NCBI RefSeq assembly: GCF_009914755.1
Contig: NC_060948.1
Origin: the human T2T-CHM13v2.0 reference genome, Homo sapiens
Reading direction: 5' to 3' (one strand)
DNA length: 64,000 nt
Positions within the stretch are counted from its first letter, which is position 1. Every line of letters begins with the position of its first letter. Made by a program: the position numbers and the translations under genes. Shown one piece after another: positions 61,868 to 64,000 of the stretch. Under the pieces are notes generated by a model, which was not told the origin of the DNA, made no database searches, and saw nothing but the letters and a program-made list of their open reading frames with translations.

Positions 61868-64000
61868 GACTTTCTGTCTCTTCCTCTGTCTCTCTGTTTC
61901 TTTCCTGTCTGTTGGTCGTTCTCTGATGCTGCCAGCCACTTGTGCTGCTGTTCTCCCCTCTCCTTCCACTTATGTTGGCTTTGGCAGTGTAAGACTGCCA
62001 CCTCCTTGGACTTTTGCACAGCATTCAATAACTTCATGGTTTCCTCATGATATTTAATGGAGGTTTCTCCAGAGGTTAGGAATTCATTTTCTTTCCATAT
62101 TGCAGGATGGGCATGTAGGATTAGATAAGCATATTTACTATCCATATACACATTTATTCTTCCCTTTCCCGGTTCAAATGCTTGGGTAAGTGCCACTAGT
62201 TCTGTTAACTGGGGGCTGGTCTTTGGTGAAGAGGCTTGCTTTCAAGTACTGTTACACCCCTAATTATGGCATAACCTGCCCTTCGTATCCCATTCTCCAC
62301 AAATGAACTTTCATTGGTATATAGGTTAAGGTCAGGATTAACTAAGGGGACTTCTAAGAGATCTTCTTGGGAGGCATAATTTTGGACTATAATTTGTTGG
62401 CAGTCATGCTCGATTAGTGTTTCCCATCCTCTAGGAGAAAAATGGCATGGTTGAGGCCTGCACATATGCATATTTGAAGCATATGTCCCTCAAGGAGTAG
62501 TACCTGCTATCTAAGCAAGCTGTCGTCTGATAGCCATAAACTTCCTTTGTCACCTAGTGTGCCATTTACATCATCAGTAGTCCAGGCAGTGAGATCCTTT
62601 CCTTGAATTATTTTGATAGCCTCTGACACTAAGATGGCCACCACCACTACTACCAGTAAACAGTGAGGATGGCCTTTTGCTACTACATCAATTTCCTTAC
62701 TTATGTATGCCACTGGTTGTGTGGTTGTCCCAAGAGTTTGAGTAAGGACTCTAAGAGCTATTCTTACTCTTTCTGTGACATATAAAGAGAAGTTTTGTCC
62801 TGTGGGAAGGCTTAAGGCTGGAGCTTGAGTTTGTTTCTTCTAATCCCCAGACTTCAGGGTTGACTACCTCCTCAAGCAGGGGACAAGAAATGGGTAACTT
62901 TTTCCCCATATTCATGTAGACAATAGTGCCAGCTTTGGCCAGTATGTCCCTCCCTAATAAAGTATGGGTCGTTCAGGCATAACAAGAAAAGCATGTGAAA
63001 AGAGAAAAGTCTCCCAATTACAACTGAATAAGTGGGAGAAACACCTGGTTACAGGCCATCCCAGGATTCGTTGGATGGTAACGGACCTTGAGGAAAGCTG
63101 TCCAGGACAGGAGATTAACACTGAGAAGGCTGCACCAGTGTCCAGGAGGAAGTCAATTTCCTGGTCCTCCACAGTTAAATGTACCTGGGGCTCAGTGAGG
63201 CTGATGACATGAGCTGGTGCTTGTCCCAGGCACCCTCCCGCCTGTTGTTGGAGCATCTGGTTGGGGGCCTCTGGCCTAGAGAACCTTTGTCCTCTGGGGC
63301 AGTGAGCCTTCCAGTGATTGTTTTGGCATAGTGGACATGTGCAAGAAGGCAGCTTGTTTCTTGTGGGACAATCTGTTTTAAGGTGCCCTTGCAAACCACA
63401 CTGGTAAGAAACCCTACCATGCAATTGGCCTGCTCCATTTTCTGTCCTCTCTGAACCACCAAGGTTTGTTTATCTGAGGGCCATGACTAAGGCTGCAGCC
63501 TTTCTCTGATCTCACTTTTCCTTTTTGGCCAGTTCCTCTTGGTCCCTATAATAGAACACCAAGGTTGCCAGGTTTATTAAAGCCTCCAGATTTTGTTCAG
63601 GGCCCAGCTCTGATTTTTGGAGCATTCTCCTGATATCTGCAGCTGATTGGGTAATAAACTTATCTTTCAGGATCAATTGACTCTTGAGGGAGTCAGGTGA
63701 CAGGTAAGAATATTTCCTTAAGGAAATACAGCTATTTCCTTCCTGTAGCTGCTCGAGGAAGGCAGAATGATTTTTTTCCTATGCCGGAGTCATGATGGAC
63801 ATCATTGCATCATTCATGAGCTTTTTCCTAATTCTCCTTTGTCCTTCTAGAACACAGGTCAACAGATGTTTGTGAAATCAGTCCCAATAATCTGAGTTGA
63901 GACCCCAGTGGGGTTCCATACTGGGGATGACTTGCTTATGGGTAGGGAATTTGTCCCTTTCTTCAGCTGTCATTCTGTCATTTACTTGACTAAGATACCA
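60364..64000 (-). mobile_element. HERV9 internal region, defective (gag-pro-pol remnant, deleted env); continues off the right edge
   Basis: Gag zinc knuckles (YQCGLQGHLKTDCP, CPLCQNNHWKAHCP); protease FLLDTGAAFSVL (62954-63424); RNase H (INVYMDSKYAYLILHAH); env TM immunosuppressive-like LQNCRGLDFLTAEKG at ~60790-60840. Confidence 0.9.
61535..61912. repeat. (CT)-rich low-complexity tract inside the HERV9
   Basis: About 375 bp of polypyrimidine sequence including (CT)n; gives rise to the spurious ER-rich ORFs. Confidence 0.85.

Noticed and set aside
61463-62024. E/R/K-rich ORFs
   Set aside because: Translation of the (CT)/(AG) low-complexity tract in HERV9.

Overview
Eukaryotic, primate (very likely hominoid) Y-chromosome-type sequence. 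It has no intact protein-coding gene that I can support and no prokaryotic features. From left to right it contains: (1) a minus-strand RBMY pseudogene with seven recognisable coding exons and only one SRGY box (1-~12 kb); (2) a head-to-head plus-strand TSPY-family/FAM197Y-like pseudogene (13.0-15.1 kb); (3) an AT-rich interval with L1s and unassigned exon-like segments (17.5-28.7 kb); (4) an orphan TSPY exon 1 with an open frame (28.9-29.4 kb, minus); (5) a ~17-kb minus-strand PRSSLY-like pseudogene (30.4-~47.8 kb), made of a giant exon of 11/22-aa Trp-periodic repeats followed by eight small exons encoding two trypsin-like domains, and interrupted by a MER11 LTR that itself holds an L1PA2 with a 3' transduction; (6) an old L1 flanked by a ~500-600 bp direct repeat; (7) an inverted, deleted RBMY fragment (53.8-57.7 kb); and (8) a minus-strand HERV9/LTR12 provirus with a near-pristine AluYc1 in its LTR. 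The most interesting signals are the PRSSLY repeat/pseudoprotease architecture, a promoter block shared between RBMY and TSPY, and the unusually long duplication around the L1. Family assignments come from recalled protein and repeat motifs, not from database searches.
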